This document shows positions 33,832 through 47,688 of a stretch of DNA of 64,000 bases, piece after piece. Made by a program: the position numbers and the translations under genes. Positions within the stretch are counted from its first letter, which is position 1. Each line of letters opens with the position of its first letter. The stretch is from Massalongia carnosa (lineage: Eukaryota): NCBI GenBank assembly GCA_965645245.1, contig OZ287081.1, positions 1,674,001 through 1,738,000 on the forward strand, given 5' to 3'. Below the pieces are notes generated by a model, which worked only from the letters and a program-made list of their open reading frames with translations, searched no databases and had not been told where the DNA came from.

Positions 33832-35903
33832 CTAGATAATCATCTCGTTGCCCACGTCCTGATAACCGACCGCGGGTCCGGGGGTCGGGACGGCCGAATT
33901 GATGGCATATGTTGTGGACGAGGAAGGATCGACGATTGGCTTTGGGTCGAGACGCTGCTGCTGCGGCTGCTGTTGCGGCTGCGATTGGTGCGCTTGCTGC
34001 GACTGCAGCTGCTCGGTATCGCAGGCTGGGGAATGGTTCTTATGGTATTTGAGTCCGTTGAGATTCTTGTAGCGCTTGCCACATACTTCGCACCGGTAAG
34101 GCTTGTGCTTTTCCATGCCCAGGGTGCCTGGATAGGGGGTCAAAGTTTCGGGATCGACGATCGAGTAGGTGCCGTTGTTGTTGCACGCCAGTTGTTGCGT
34201 GGTGTGACCATGCTGTTTTTTTCAACGTTTAGTCATGTAGGAAGAGACGGGGAGGGGAGGATACGGAAGAGGTAACACAAGGGCCGCCTTACGCTTTTGT
34301 GGTATTTGAGCCCGTTCTGGTTTTTGTACGCTTTCTCGCATCCAATAACCGGGCAGTGGAACGGTTTGGGCACGGACCCATCTAGTTGAGGATCTGGCAC
34401 GCCGGCTCTCCGTTGTGATTCCCGTATCGTTCGTGCAATCTCGCTGTCTTCGGTGTAGAGTGCGTCCCCAAGTTTGGAGGACGAAGACTGTTGCGGGTTG
34501 TTCAGGCCACCGTCGAGACTGAACAGCCGCTTTGCCGGATCGTCAATACATAGATTATGCATCTCGTTGGGGTTTCCGTTACGAAATCCATACACCCCAA
34601 AAGCTTGATACTGGCTTTGCATCATGTTAGGTGGACTGTTCCCCATGGACAGCATTTCATAGTCTCCAACAAATTCACTGCCAAGTTCAATGGGAGTTCC
34701 GGGAGCCGAGGAATCTGGCGTGTTCCTGTACTGCTGTTGTTGCAAAGGGTGAGTGGTCAAAGTCGGGGTGTTAACCGAAGACACCGTAGGGTTATTCTGG
34801 TACATGTTTCCGCGCCTTCCCGCCGCAACCGGGGTCGTTGGTTGAGATTTCCGTAAACCTTGATGCGGCACGGGGTTGCCCATGTTTAGCCCATCGAGAT
34901 CTAACGGTGGTAGTCGAGCTGAAGGAGGTTGGCCGAACTGCGACCTTTGGATCATCCGAGGCTGAGGCTGCATTGAATATTGCGAGAGTGTATTGGTAGT
35001 CGAAGGCATGGGGTCGTCGTCCATCTCCATATCTTGCACAGCATCCATGTCGTGCGTCGGCGGCAAGTGCGTTGCGGTTGACTCTGCCATTGTGTTACGT
35101 AAAGACTGGTGTTGGCTATTGCGGGGCGTGACTGGCGTTGAGGACCGTGAAGGCACCGCCGACACCTGTCCAGAGGCCAAGGCCTCGGCTTTCTGTCGCT
35201 CCTGTTGGGCTCGTTCTTGTACGGCAGCTGCCGCTCCCGCCGCAATCGCAGCCTTACTATCCGGAGGCGTGATCATCTGGGACGAGTTTCGCTTCTGTAG
35301 CGATGACGGCATCTGTTGAGCATGATGCTCCTCATAGTGTTGTAGTAAATCGTGCAAAGACGGTAGGGTCGATCCACAACAGCAAAAGTCTCGCATGAAG
35401 TTTGCTTCCAGCTTCGGGAGATAGGAGGACGAATGAAACGAAGGAGATTGATACGCAAAGGGCGATGTGCCTTGCATGATAATGCTATCAATCCGTTAGC
35501 CTGGAGCTCGGTCCCAGCGTGCGGTTTCAACTTACTCATCTCGAATCCAGCTTCCTACCGAGACCCCGCCGAAGCTCATACCGCCAATAACGCTGCTGGC
35601 AATGCTCTCTCGACGAGGCTTCTCCCGATTTGAGCGATCCATTGATATCGGCAGTGCCCCACCTCCATATTGTGCTCCTAACACTCCGGATCCACCCCCC
35701 ACGGAGTCACGGCGCCCAAATCCGGTGGCAAACCCCTTGGTAGTGCCATTGCTAATGTTCACAGCAGGCGTGGGCCGTGCCTCGTTCCCACTCGTCGATT
35801 GCAGTGCGGTTGTCAGGTTAGACGTATAATGAACTCGGGATGACAGCGAGCCATGGTGTGAAGGCGAGGCAATGTCAATCGGTAACGCTTTGGTAGTCAA
35901 CAT
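33832..35903 (-). CDS. SFP1: Split zinc-finger transcription factor Sfp1 (first ATG 35903; possible upstream non-AUG start)
   Basis: GMSFGGVSVGSWIRD, SYLPKLEANFMRDFCCCGSTLPSLHDLLQHYEEHH, KPFHCPVIGCEKAYKNQNGLKYHK and KPYRCEVCGKRYKNLNGLKYHK; two introns. Confidence 0.93.
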
Positions 35904-37079
35904 GTTTTCGGAGTCTGGTGGGTCAGTAAACAGTGGAAAGGTCGAGTCTTCCAGGTCCGACTCGAGGAGGGTTGAGTCTAAGTAGGAGGTGTTGGTGCTT
36001 GGGAGCAGCTCGGTCCCCTTACGGTGCCAGGAGTACGAGCCCTCCCTCTCCTTCTCCGGCTTTCTGAGAAAGGCGGTCCCAAAGCCTCTTGGGGTTCCGA
36101 TCGGAGTTGTCTCTGGTGTGGAGAAGCGGCCTGGATCGCTCAGAGCCGGGGAGAGGTGCAACGGAGGGGGGTTCTCTCGAGAATCCAGCTTTGCGTTTGG
36201 GTTCGTGGACTACCTGGGACGGCGAAGAAAGAATGGCGAGATCAGTGTCGTTGAATGCGCCAAGCGTGCTAGAAGGAAGTCTCCTAGGACGAGGAGAGGT
36301 TGGAGGCGGCGCGATGGTGAAGGTCAAACTATAAAGGGACTGGGCGACGGAGCGCTCCCTATGTGATGCGTTGGGACCGATTAGGTCGTTCTCCGTATTG
36401 GCAGCGGGTTGTAGCTAGCTAGACCACTGACCGTGCGATAGTGCGTGATCGTGTGTGACTGCGCTTGGAACCGACGAGGAATGGCAGTAAGGATATAATA
36501 AGGGAGTTGGATCAATCAACCGGGGCAGATCAAGACGTGATAAGTGGCAAGAAGTTGACAAACAAGTTATGGTATGCGCTGCGAATGGAGTGATAGATGA
36601 TGTCTTCCGGGGTTCTTAGCAACCTAGGTAGGTACGGGGGTACCTGTATACAGAATACAGAATACTGAGTCAGTACAGCCAAACCACTTGCCCAGGAGCG
36701 TCGAAACGTTTACACAACGCCGCGTAATTAACATGGTACAGAATACAGACGCCAAGAGTACTCCGTTCGGGCGTATTTATCGAAACGTTAACGGTATCTG
36801 CTCTTAGCGGCTGGCCGGATCGGAGTTTGGGGGTTGGCCACAGTGGCACTGTGAGTGGCAACTTCACGCCCGGAACCGAGTCACTACTCTGTACTTTGTA
36901 ACGGTAACGTTACCCAGCTAATACCACCTCCGGCCACTCGGCCGCATGTTTCCCTACAGAACATGAACAAGAACGTGATATCATACCGAGGTACTCTATA
37001 CCACATAGAGTAACGCTTATGCATTTCCCGTTGCTGGAAGCTATCCGGAGTTCTGAGCAGCGAGTCGATGAAGATGCCG

Positions 37080-37115
37080 AGCGTCCAGCGTCCAGCGTCC
37101 AGCGTCCAGCGTCCA
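37080..37115. repeat. 7-bp tandem repeat (AGCGTCC)x5
   Basis: Seen directly, in the SFP1 upstream region. Confidence 0.85.
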
Positions 37116-37337
37116 GAGCACATGACTCCACAGGACCCCCGTACACATGACACGATCCTGCATGTACCTTTGTATCTCTGTACCCCCTGCTAAGAAGCCT
37201 TGTTGGTCGAAACGACCGTAGTCAGTTAGGCTATAGATTTCGGTCTTGTTTCATGTATTAGTGCCGGGGGCGGGTCTTGTGTCTTTCGATCGCATGGCAG
37301 CAGGGACTGGAGACCTAAGACCACTTAGCCTAGGGTA

Positions 37338-39087
37338 CGAAGGATGACGCTGAAAGTCCTTGCTAGCGTACATGAGACGTGCATTAGTGTTTATTAGCTT
37401 ACAAGGGGAATACAGTACTAAAATAGTCTAGAAAATCTCGAATTGCTTCTGTTCTCTTCGTCAAAAAGACAGTACTACTACATCTGATATTCAGTAGAAA
37501 GTTTTAATCATCATCATTATCATGCCCAATGCACAGAGCAATAGTCTCACGATTGCACAAAGAATACAGGCTTTAGCGCTTGTAGAACACGGAATTGCGG
37601 CGAAAATCGTGCAAGAAGTGACTGGAGTCTCCACAAGATCGATTTCAGCTCTCAAAATCAAAGCACGACAGCGTGGATATGATCCAGTTGTATCTCGTGT
37701 TTAAAAAGTAGAATACATAGAAGATGCACCTCGTTCAGGACGACCTAAAAAGGTTACACCGGAGGTAGAGCAAGCTATATTGAATAATGTAGTGCAAGAT
37801 CGAAATAGCAGAGAAAAATCATCAGCTATGATTGGCTTTGATCATAAACTCTCCTCCACTACTATACTTCGTACGTGGCTTTGATCATAAACTCTCCTCC
37901 ACTACTATACTTCGTACGCTTAAACAGAATGGGTTTCGCCCCTGTAAAAGCACGAAAAAGCCAGGTCTAGATTCGATCATGAAAGAGGCTCATCTGCAAT
38001 TTTGTTTGCGATATCAGCACTGGACTATTGATGATTGGAAGAACGTTATATGGACTGACGAAACAAGCATTATATTGGGTTCTAGACGTGGAAGAAGACT
38101 TCAGTGGCGTACCTCGAAAGAAATGTATGCTAAAACTTGTATTCGACGTAGATGGAAAGGATGCTCCGAGTTTTTGTTTTGGGGATGTTTTTCGTACGAT
38201 AAGAAAGGACCTTTTCATATCTGGAAAACAGAGACTGTAAAAGAGAAAAGAGAGGCTCAAATTGAGTTAGATAAACTCAATGAGACTTTAGAATCAGAAG
38301 CTAAAGAGAATTGGGAGTTAGAAACCAGCATGAGACGAATGAAGCTACGTAATCCAGGAGGTCGAAAACCTATCTAGAAATGGGATAAAACACACGGTAA
38401 AGTCGTTCGAGATGGCAAGGGAGGTGTGGACTGGTATAGTTATCAAAAACTCGTCTTAATTCCTAAGCTTCTTCCGTTTGCAAAAGAATGTATGATAGAT
38501 CGACCAAACACTATCGTACAGGAAGACAAGGCCCCCAGTCACGCATACAAACATCAAAATCTGATCTTTATGGATTTCAACGTCATGCGTCTGTTATGGC
38601 CTGGAAATTCTCCTGATCTGAACATGATCGAGCCTTGTTGGTTCTGGATGAAGCGAAGAACCACTCGATTAGGTGCTCCGCGGACTCGTATTGAGGCTGA
38701 AAAGGCCTGGACAAAGTGCTGGACGGAGGAGTTGAGGCAGAAAAGAATTCAGTCCTGGATTGAACGTATAAAGCGACATGTTGACGAGGTGATATTGTTG
38801 GACGGAGGTAACGAGTATAGAGAAGGTAGAGAGATCGGAGTCGTACGACCGTTAGTATAATAAAGAAGATCGCCGTTTTCGATATCATCGCGCTCATCTC
38901 AAAGAAAGCACTGACAGCGATGAATGTGAGTGATAAAGATGATAGAGGTGGTAACTCTAAATAGCTTCATGCGATTATTCGATTGATTGATATGTAATAA
39001 ATATCTATCCATGCAAATATACCCATGTAAAGTGGCTTTTTTAGCTGCATATTTAGCGTTAGTAAGGACTTTCAGCGTTATCCTTCG
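37338..39087 (+). mobile_element. Full-length but inactivated Tc1/mariner (DD34E) element with ~31-bp TIRs and TA TSD
   Basis: Ends read TA|CGAAGGATGACGCTGAAAGTCCTTGCTAGCG ... CGTTAGTAAGGACTTTCAGCGTTATCCTTCG|TA. Transposase 37522-38860 has IWTDETS, VQEDKAPSH and SPDLNMIE. Lesions: stops at 37702 and 38375, and a 43-bp tandem duplication at 37833-37918. Confidence 0.93.
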
Positions 39088-39349
39088 TACAAGGTACTCG
39101 AGCCCTGACCTCTCGCGTATCCGGCCTAGATCCAATCACCGCCCACCACCATGTCATTTCCACGCCACACATTTCATTTCGTATTCATTTCGTATGGCGC
39201 CTCGAAAAATGTGGAAGGATCAATAAACTTCGAGCAATTGCCACATGGGCGAAAGAGGCAATCCGGCGCTCCACGCTAACACGGTATCACAGCAAAGGAC
39301 AGAATACCGAGTACCCCGTATCGAGTAGTGCGTCGATTCAACTTCTAGG

Positions 39350-41813
39350 ATGGACCGACGGGTTGAGAATGTGAACCCCTATGCGGCTCTTAATCCAATG
39401 GACCCCCAATTGGAATTGAAGCCACAATTAGCCAGTCCATCATTCGAACAGGTGATCCATCCACAGCAAAGCCTGATGGAGGAAGACTCAGCAGTCACAA
39501 AGGCCGAGAAGCTAGAGCGGCATGGCGTCGAAGATGTGGAAGATATGGAAAACCGACCCGAAGAATCACAGGCGAAACGGATCAAGCTGGAGCCGAGCGC
39601 AACGCCGATGACAGGAAATGAAGCTCCGCGTCGAAATGAGAGGCAAAAGGGCGTGGCTCCCATCAAAGCAGAGTCGGTGGTCCGCATGAGATCGATGAGC
39701 GACGGGCTCACGGTGTACCAGATTCCTTGTATATCCTCCTGGGAGCGGGACCGGTAGAAGTAACGCCGTAGTCGATGATGATGCTGCGGAGGAACACCGC
39801 AGTACGGAGCAGTCGTCCGACACCCGAGGCCAGAGAAAGAAGGAAAAGTCAAAGGGCCAGAATTTCAATCGGAAGTTCGGATCCTCAACAGACGAGATTT
39901 CGCTGTGCCAGAGTCGCGCTCACTCCTCCGAGTTCTCTCCCAGCGAGTGCAGATTTGAAGGGAACTGCAAGTTCGAGCATGATTTACGAAAGTACCTCAA
40001 GGACTGGAAACGGGAAGACTTGACCACGTTCCACGGAGTCTGTCCGATTTGGAAAGCTAAAGGGAAGTGCTACGTAGGATGGAAATGTCGCTTTGTGGGT
40101 TCCCACATGACGGAATGCGAGACGCAGGATGGGAGAAAAGAGCTGGTGCTCGTTGGCGACGGAGGTGGCACCGGAGACGAATCGAGCGACATCGGTATTC
40201 TCAATACTATCTCAAATCAGGCCAAAATCGACCTAATGAAGCGGAGGTTCCCCACGCCAAAAGCGGAAAAGTATGCGGAGTGGCTCGAACAGCATGGCAA
40301 GGAAGTTGACGAAAATTCCCATCAGCGACGAAACCCTGCTCCTAGCGCCGCCAGCGGTGATGGGGAAGAAACGTCAGACCAGAAGACACAAACGCTGAAC
40401 GACACCAGAGCCCGTTACACCGAACCACCCTTCCTCCCCTCGGAAAAACGTAGGATCTACTTTGGGCCCACAACCCCCGTGCTCGCCCCCTTGACCACCC
40501 AGGGAAACCTGCCTTTCCGCCGGCTCTGCGTGGATCTTGGAGCGCAAATCACCTACTCGGAAATGGCTATGAGCATGCCCTTGCTCCAAGGCCAGAAATC
40601 CGAGTGGGCTCTTCTTCGAGCCCACGAATCCGAAGCCCAGCCTCCGGTGTATAAACTGTCACTTTCTTCATCGCCCGCGTCATTCACCTCCTACAACTCC
40701 TCCCGTGACCTCCGCTTTGGCGCCCAAATTGCCGCCAACAAGCCCTGGCAAGCCCTCAAGGCGACAGAAGTCCTAACAGCGCTGTGTCCCCACCTTCGAG
40801 TCATAGATCTCAACTGCGGCTGCCCCATCGACCTCGTCTATCGCGCCGGCGCCGGCTCCGCGCTGCTCGATGCCCCCGCGAAGCTCGAAAAGATTGTGCG
40901 CGGCATGAACGCCATCTCGGGTGAAATCCCGATCACGGTAAAGATTCGCATGGGCACCAAGGACGCCAAGCCCACGGCCGAGAAACTAATCGATCGGCTC
41001 GTCTTCGGCGGAGACGCGTACGACGGTACAATCTCGGGCACGGCGGCCATCACACTGCACGGGCGTAGCCGGCAGCAGCGGTACACCAAGAGCGCCGACT
41101 GGAGCTACATCGCCTCGTGTGCCACCCTCATCGAACAGCACAACGCGCGTCGCGACGCCCTCACCGACACCATTCGCGCTCCAGACCCCCGCACGCAACC
41201 CGCCGCCGAACACGTCTACTTCATCGGCAACGGCGACATCTACTCCCACACCGACTACTTCTCCTCCCTCACCACCTCGCGCGTCTCGGCCATCATGCTC
41301 GCCCGCGGCGCGCTGATCAAGCCATGGCTCTTCGAGGAGATCGCCACCGGCCAATACCTGGACAAATCCGCCACGGAGCGTCTAGCGTTCGTGGAACGGT
41401 ACGTGCGCTATGGGCTCGAGACGTGGGGTAGCGACGAGGTGGGCGTGGGCACGACGCGGCGCTTTTTGCTCGAGTGGTTGAGTTTTGCCCATCGCTACGT
41501 TCCTGTGGGCTTACTGGAGTATTTGCCACCAAGCTTACAAGATCGGGCGCCGGCATGGAGAGGGCGGAATGAGCTGGAGACCTTGCTCGGGAGCGAGGAT
41601 TATAGGGATTGGATTCGTATTAGGTGCGTACCGGCATTGTTTCCAGTTACTTTCCAGTCCACATCTCCATCTCGAAGCCCCTCGTTTCGTGAACAATCCG
41701 CTAACCCAACCAATCCCTCCCGCAGCGAAATGTTCCTCGGCCCCGCCCACAAGGATTTCAAATTCGCCCCGAAACATAAATCGAACAGCTTCGAGATCGA
41801 GGCCGAGGGGTGA
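39350..41813 (+). CDS. DUS3: tRNA-dihydrouridine(47) synthase
   Basis: [14 protein letters not shown] fingers, [45 protein letters not shown] and [16 protein letters not shown]; two introns. The start could be 39350 or 39398. Confidence 0.95.
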
Positions 41814-43024
41814 ATGAAAGCACTTCACGCGCCCCGAGGTGCCCGTTGGGGGGTTGGGAGCAGTGGGTGGATCAAAGGACCAAATAGAGAAAAAGGAACC
41901 TCAACCCCACCGCCCCGGCCCGCCCCGGCCCAACGAAAGCGAACGGGAAAGGAATACAAGCAGGATCCTCAACACTTTGAAGCTTGACAACTTGCAGCAA
42001 GGGAAGGGTTGAAGAACCGCAGCGGTGGGCGGTCGCCCTTCAGAAATAGCCTCCCTTTCCAAAAATAAACCCAAAAGAGCCTTCGAACCTCCACAATGAG
42101 CCTGTCCGTTTGTCGTGAAGTGAATCGCTGGCTACCTGGCTACTTGGCTACCTATCTACTCACCCGTCTCCGCCTAACTCACCCATCCACCTATCATCAT
42201 GCATAGCCATCGCCGCGAATGCACCACCCCTCCCCCTCCCCCGCAGCACACCGGTCCCTTTTCCTCAATCGATTTCGTTCCCTTCCTCATCATTGCTATT
42301 ATTCCTCTAAATCTTTCTCTTTCTCTTTCATACCATACCATACCATATCATACCATGCCATGCATATTTCCGATTACTTCCCCCACCCACTTTTCTCGCC
42401 CTCTCTCCTTCCCTCCCACTCAATCACCTATCACATACACATCATCGTCATCTCTTTTTCTTTACTATTCCCCCGTCTCTCTCTCTCTCTCTCTCCCTTC
42501 CATAACCCTGAATCCCTAACCCTGATCATGATCTCTACCCCTCAAACGAAACAGAAAACCGGAAGGTAAAATCCAGGGGAAAAACGTCCTGAAGAGAGAA
42601 AGAGAGAAAGTAAAACATCTATCCATTCGTTCCGGAAGGGGGGCACTTCTAGATCTGCGATTGTGGATTTTTTTTGGTGCTGGTAGTTGTGATTCCCGCC
42701 CGGGTTGAAGGGAAGGCAGGGAGCTGGAGAGCAAGAGTTATGGGAGAGAGAGAAATAGGACGAAAGAAGAAAGAGAGAAGGACTAAGAAAGAATGATGTG
42801 GATTTTGGACAACGAAGACGACGACGACGGCGACGAAAAAGGGAACAGAAATAAAAGGATGAGGGTGGGGTTTGATCAATCGAGTCAGTCATGACCGATT
42901 GACCGAATTTTCCGATTGCTCTACCTGTGCGTATCTCCCTCGCCACCTCCTTCTACACGCCATCCCCCAATCCTCCAAAGGAGTAGAAGAGGCCCAACTG
43001 CCCCTCGGAAAAGGCGCGGAAACC

Positions 43025-43176
43025 TCGCTCGCTCGCTCGTTCGTTTCCTATCTACCTACCTACCTAGCCACGACGACGACGACGACGAGGATGAGGACGA
43101 GGACGAGGACGAGGATGAGAACAACGCAACGGAACATCCTCCATGAGAAACGAACGAACGAATGAACGAACGAACA
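43025..43176. repeat. Cluster of simple repeats (CTCG, CTAC, ACG, GACGAG, GAAC)
   Basis: Seen directly, in the low-complexity intergenic region between convergent genes. Confidence 0.7.
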
Positions 43177-43777
43177 AGCCTTGTCAGAATTGATTGGTTG
43201 GGTGGCTGGGGGAGCTGAGTGCTGAGTGGCTGACTGATGGGATTGAGTGGCGCGGATGCCGGTTGGTGTGTGCCCTTGAGGAATGTGCACGCGCGAGTGA
43301 ATTGGTTGGGTTTGGTTGGTATGTAGGCAGGGATGTAGGTGCACAGAGCATAGATAGATAGATGTACAGATACCGTACAGAACGACATGTACCGGGGAAG
43401 TGTCTGGTTGAAGATGGCTCTGGAAACTCTCCCTTAGGATAGGTATACAAAAGCTTGATATGAAAAATCCGCCCACCGCAACGCAAAAAGCAACAGCAAG
43501 GGTTAGGGGTATATCCATCCATCCACCTTTCTTCCTGTGCACCCACACAAATGTCGGCGAAAATTCACCAAAACCCCCCCAAAAAGAGGCCAAATACAAA
43601 CAACGGCAAAGAGGATGGTCAAACCTAGCCTAGCCGAAAATAGTCCCTCGAATATCTAAACATGGGGGAGATTGCCGCCCAAGAAGAAACTGCGCTATGG
43701 CAATGAAGCTTGCCCCCTTTTACACATGAATACTAGAGGAAAGGCCTCCCTCGAACCCAACTTTCATCTGTCTCCAC

Positions 43778-46144
43778 TTACGATTGAATCGTGACTTTGC
43801 TTCTCAATTCCCCCTCCTCGACATGAAACCCAAATACTAACCGGAATAAGTCTTTCAACCACATATATTGCCCACTCCCCACCATCCATTGCACCGCTCG
43901 GCTCACATCTGCCGCGCCGGCCCTTCTTGATGGCCCCGGGGAACGAAATCCCGGATCGCTGGCGACGAGTTTCTTGTAGTTCTCAAGCAGATACATCTGC
44001 CAGGGAGCGTTGCCAAAGCTGTTGGAGGGGATGGATTTGACGAAGGATGCGAGAGTCATCGACGACCCGCGTTGGAACCCGCTGTTGATGGCCGCCTTGA
44101 CGATGAGAAGTTTGAGGCAGACAAGATGCGGGTCTTCGGTAGGGTTGATGATAGTGCTAGTGGAAGAAGAAGTCGTCCCCGAAGATTGCGAGTAGCCGGA
44201 GAGGGTGCTAGACGAGGAAGACCATTTCTGGCGTGTCTGCAGGCGGCCATCACTGCTTTGTTCAGGGCCTAGCACTAAGATGTTGGGCACCGAATCGTCA
44301 TCGGGGGAAACTTGCTGCGTGTCTTCGAAAACGGTAGTTGGCGTTTCAGGGTTCATCCTCCCGAAAGCATCGTCTTCGGCGTCGGCTACAGCTCGGGCTC
44401 CGGCCATGGCGGATGCGGCCATTTCGGTTTGCTTGGCTTGCCGGAACGCTTGCGTGAAAGTGGTTTGACTTGGCCGCGGGGTGCCGCGATCCGGCCGTAT
44501 CTGTGTCCAGCCTTCGCGGAAAAGATCGCAAAGTTCCCAGCACGCCTGCACAGCCGAGCCTAGCAACTCTTCATCTGCAGTTTTACCTTCGCGCCTGTTC
44601 TGCCGCAGGCTGAAGAGCATCTCGGCGAGCGACCAACACGCTCGGAGCAACGAGTCTGTCTCTTCTGCTAGTCTTGTCCGTTGCTTCATGAGCCTATGGC
44701 ACAATGTGATATAAAAATCCAACGTCCTTTCTCGGAACGCTTCGGGCAACGTCCTGTCGTGCGTGTTGTAGAGATGATTGTTCAGCTCAAACGAAACACG
44801 CAAGACCGAATCGGTCACGTCATTCTCCCGTTGGCGCACTTCAAATAGAGATTGGCAAAATTCTCGGCAGAGGTCTAGAGTCGGCCGGACTTGAGTGGCG
44901 AAATCTTCGTCTCGAGTCTCATATAACTTTTGGCAGAGCTTCCAACATGACTTCCAGGCCTGCTCCTGAACGTCGCCTTTACCAGCAAAGTTGAAAATCC
45001 TTTCCCGGTGTATGTAGCTCAGCCCGGCCAACGTATTGCACAAAGTCCAACATTCGCTGAGCGCTAGCCTGAGCGCTGCCACTTCCTCAGCCGTGTCTTG
45101 GAAATGTCCAGCAGTTTGATCGAACACGGTAGTATGGTAACTGGGAGTTTGCTCATCGGCTTGCTCCGTGTCTTGCGCTTCTGGGATGTCTATGCAGACA
45201 GTATAAGCCATATGCTTTATAGAGGGGGTCTACACATATCACCTTCGAGGCTACTTGTCCGAGGTTGATTTTTGAATTTATCATGCTCCAAGCGTTCCGC
45301 CTCAGCCTCTAACCTTGTCTGGGCTCTCGGCGTCGCGGACCAATCCCTCGCTGGAGGTATTGCTGTGGATATGGGTGGAGGAGAGATAGGGCTTGCAAGG
45401 AACTTCTTCCAGTCGGTTAGAGAAATTTCTATGGTTTGTAAACAAAATGAACATACCTTCTCGTTCCCTTCGTCCTCCAATGGTGGAAATTCAAGCGTTG
45501 CGTCCGATCTTTGGGATGGGGTTGGGGTGGAACGGCGGATAGATGGGGGTGATCTCCGCGCATGCTATTTCCACTTAGCATTTCTGAATGGGGAATCTCT
45601 AAGCTTGAATGCCCACAAATGCATCGAAACTTTGGGGTGCATGTATGACCGAATTCGGCTGCTCATCTTCATCCGAACTTGGCCTAACGCTGATGGCGGC
45701 CGCGTTTATCGTGTCAAGCTGGAGTTTTGGTCAGATTTAACATACAGTTCCGCAGATCTCTCAGTAGTAAAAACCTTCAGTTCTAGATCGCTAAATCTCA
45801 GCATAGGTTTTGGCAAAGGCACTTGTTCTTCGGTTGCGAGGCCTGTGTCGTCAATGTCGGTGGTATCGGTGCCATTTGACGATGGAGCTATGGGTGAAGG
45901 ATCGGCAATGTCACTTGGGCTTGATACCAACGGGGACGATTGATTGGGAGGATGTAGGAAAGTCGAGTGGTCGGAGGGCCTAGGTATGTATTTAGAATCA
46001 ATTGCACATGTCAGACGAAGGTTCTTACACCGAGAGAGTCGGAGATCTGAATTGAATAGGAGAGTTTGGAGAATCCGGGGAGAAGGCCGACATCAGAGTG
46101 TTGTTTGGAGAATGTAGCAACGGTGATTTCATTGCCAGCATCAT
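43778..46144 (-). CDS. Conserved Pezizomycotina hypothetical protein (helical, multi-exon)
   Basis: The large last exon contains EEVAALRLALSECWTLCNTLA, AWKSCWKLCQKLY, VLRVSFELNNHLYNTHD and AVQACWELCDLFREGWTQIRPDRGTPRPSQ. Upstream exons (MSAFSPDSP, SVIHAPQSF, AEAERLEH) can be joined by GT-AG introns. The start is uncertain. Confidence 0.75.
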
Positions 46145-47688
46145 GATCGGGATACTCAGGACTGCGCCGTACGTGTCGTGGTATAGGCCGGAAAGATGCT
46201 TGAGATGGCTGAGACGTCAGGATTGCCAATCATGAAGAGAAGGCCAGATGAATGAGGCTGCGATTGACTGATGACTTATTGATGATCGTTGCGGGGCATG
46301 ATGGTGGCGGTAGGAAATGTAAGTATGTGGTACATATGTATGTACATAGGTTTGTAGGTAATTGCTGGAGAAGCTAGCAATGACGGATCATGGATAATTG
46401 ATGGGAGAAAAATCCGCAAGCGGACTGCCTGTAGCCTTGATAAGTGAGTTTGTTATCTTAATTTTGAGTTGGAAACCATGGAGCTGAATGATGCCAAGTG
46501 CTGGACTTTGTTTGCGCGCAAAAAGGATTCTCGATAGTTGAACGTAACGGGCCAGTTAAACGAGAAGGAGGGATTTCATGCTTTGCTTTGCCGCAACGCG
46601 ACATAAAAGCTTGGACGAGGGAGACACGAGAACAACATTCAGGATCTAATGGCCAGTGAGAGACCACCCACTTCTCCACTTCCTCCTCTTCTCCCTCCTT
46701 GACTGCAGCAGAGGTATGCCCTTGTAAAACAATGCGAGGCGGCCAAGCTGCATATCGAACATGCCTGCCCACCTCCCCTTACCCTCACTTTGCCGAGCCT
46801 GATGGCTGTCCACAGTCTAGGCTACTCTGTCCAAACAACGCCTCATCGCGCTACTAAGTATGAAGAATTCATGTACATCGCTTGATGACTTTGGTTTGCA
46901 AATCTGTGATCTTGTGCAGCGTTGTCCATCGTACGCAATTCCAACACTCTTCGACGGTCCATAACGGCCATGCCATTGGACGCGGACCTCGTGGTGTTTC
47001 TCATGCCAAAATTGGGCTGATAGGCTGCTCGAGCGTCTAAGCGCTCACGACGGGAGGATTACCATAGTGCACTCGCTCCGGGTCAAGGCCAAGCGTGACT
47101 GTTTTGGTTAGGGCCCTTCTTGTGTGCACGCCAATCACAACGTTGGACTGTGTTGGGTCATGACCAGGGCTGTTTGCTTCAGAAGTGTTGGTGGTATTCC
47201 TGGTTGGTTGCTGGGACCAGACCGGAACGATGCCGGCGATTAGAAGAATCCGTAGCCATGGTAAAGGCGTCGAGCCTGGTGAGGCTATTGATTTGGTAGA
47301 ACATTGTTGCGGCTGACCTCCCGCCGTTGGGTCGGCTTTTAGGTTATTGGACGACGAGGGGAAAGTGCCCCGACACAGACACGTGTGCGGCACAATTTGG
47401 GTGATGGTTACTGGAGAATAGAGACGGGCAGTTATGGAGGCATGGGATTCGCCAAGGCAGCGATCCTTAAATCCTTCGTCACGGTCTAACTAAACTGCTT
47501 ACTCTAGCATCTCCGGCATACATGTTGGGCCAAGAAAATTTTCAATCCCACTAGCCACTGTCATCTTCCTTTTCGTCCTGTATTTCAATCGCCATCGTTG
47601 GTCTTCGCTTTATGAACAATTAAGCCAAGGACTACCGAAACGATCCTACTCTTTTGATCATGCGTAGAGCTATGTTTTATGAGTCCAC

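Noticed and set aside
41830..43760. Many short ORFs in low-complexity intergenic DNA (also 2220-3700, 5000-6000, 32350-33800, 54100-55700)
   Set aside because: These are purine/pyrimidine tracts and simple repeats with no domain signal or splice-consistent model.
47037..47393. 118-aa minus-strand ORF between the hypothetical gene and BAP31
   Set aside because: It has a non-ATG start and no recognisable motif, so it cannot be supported as a gene.
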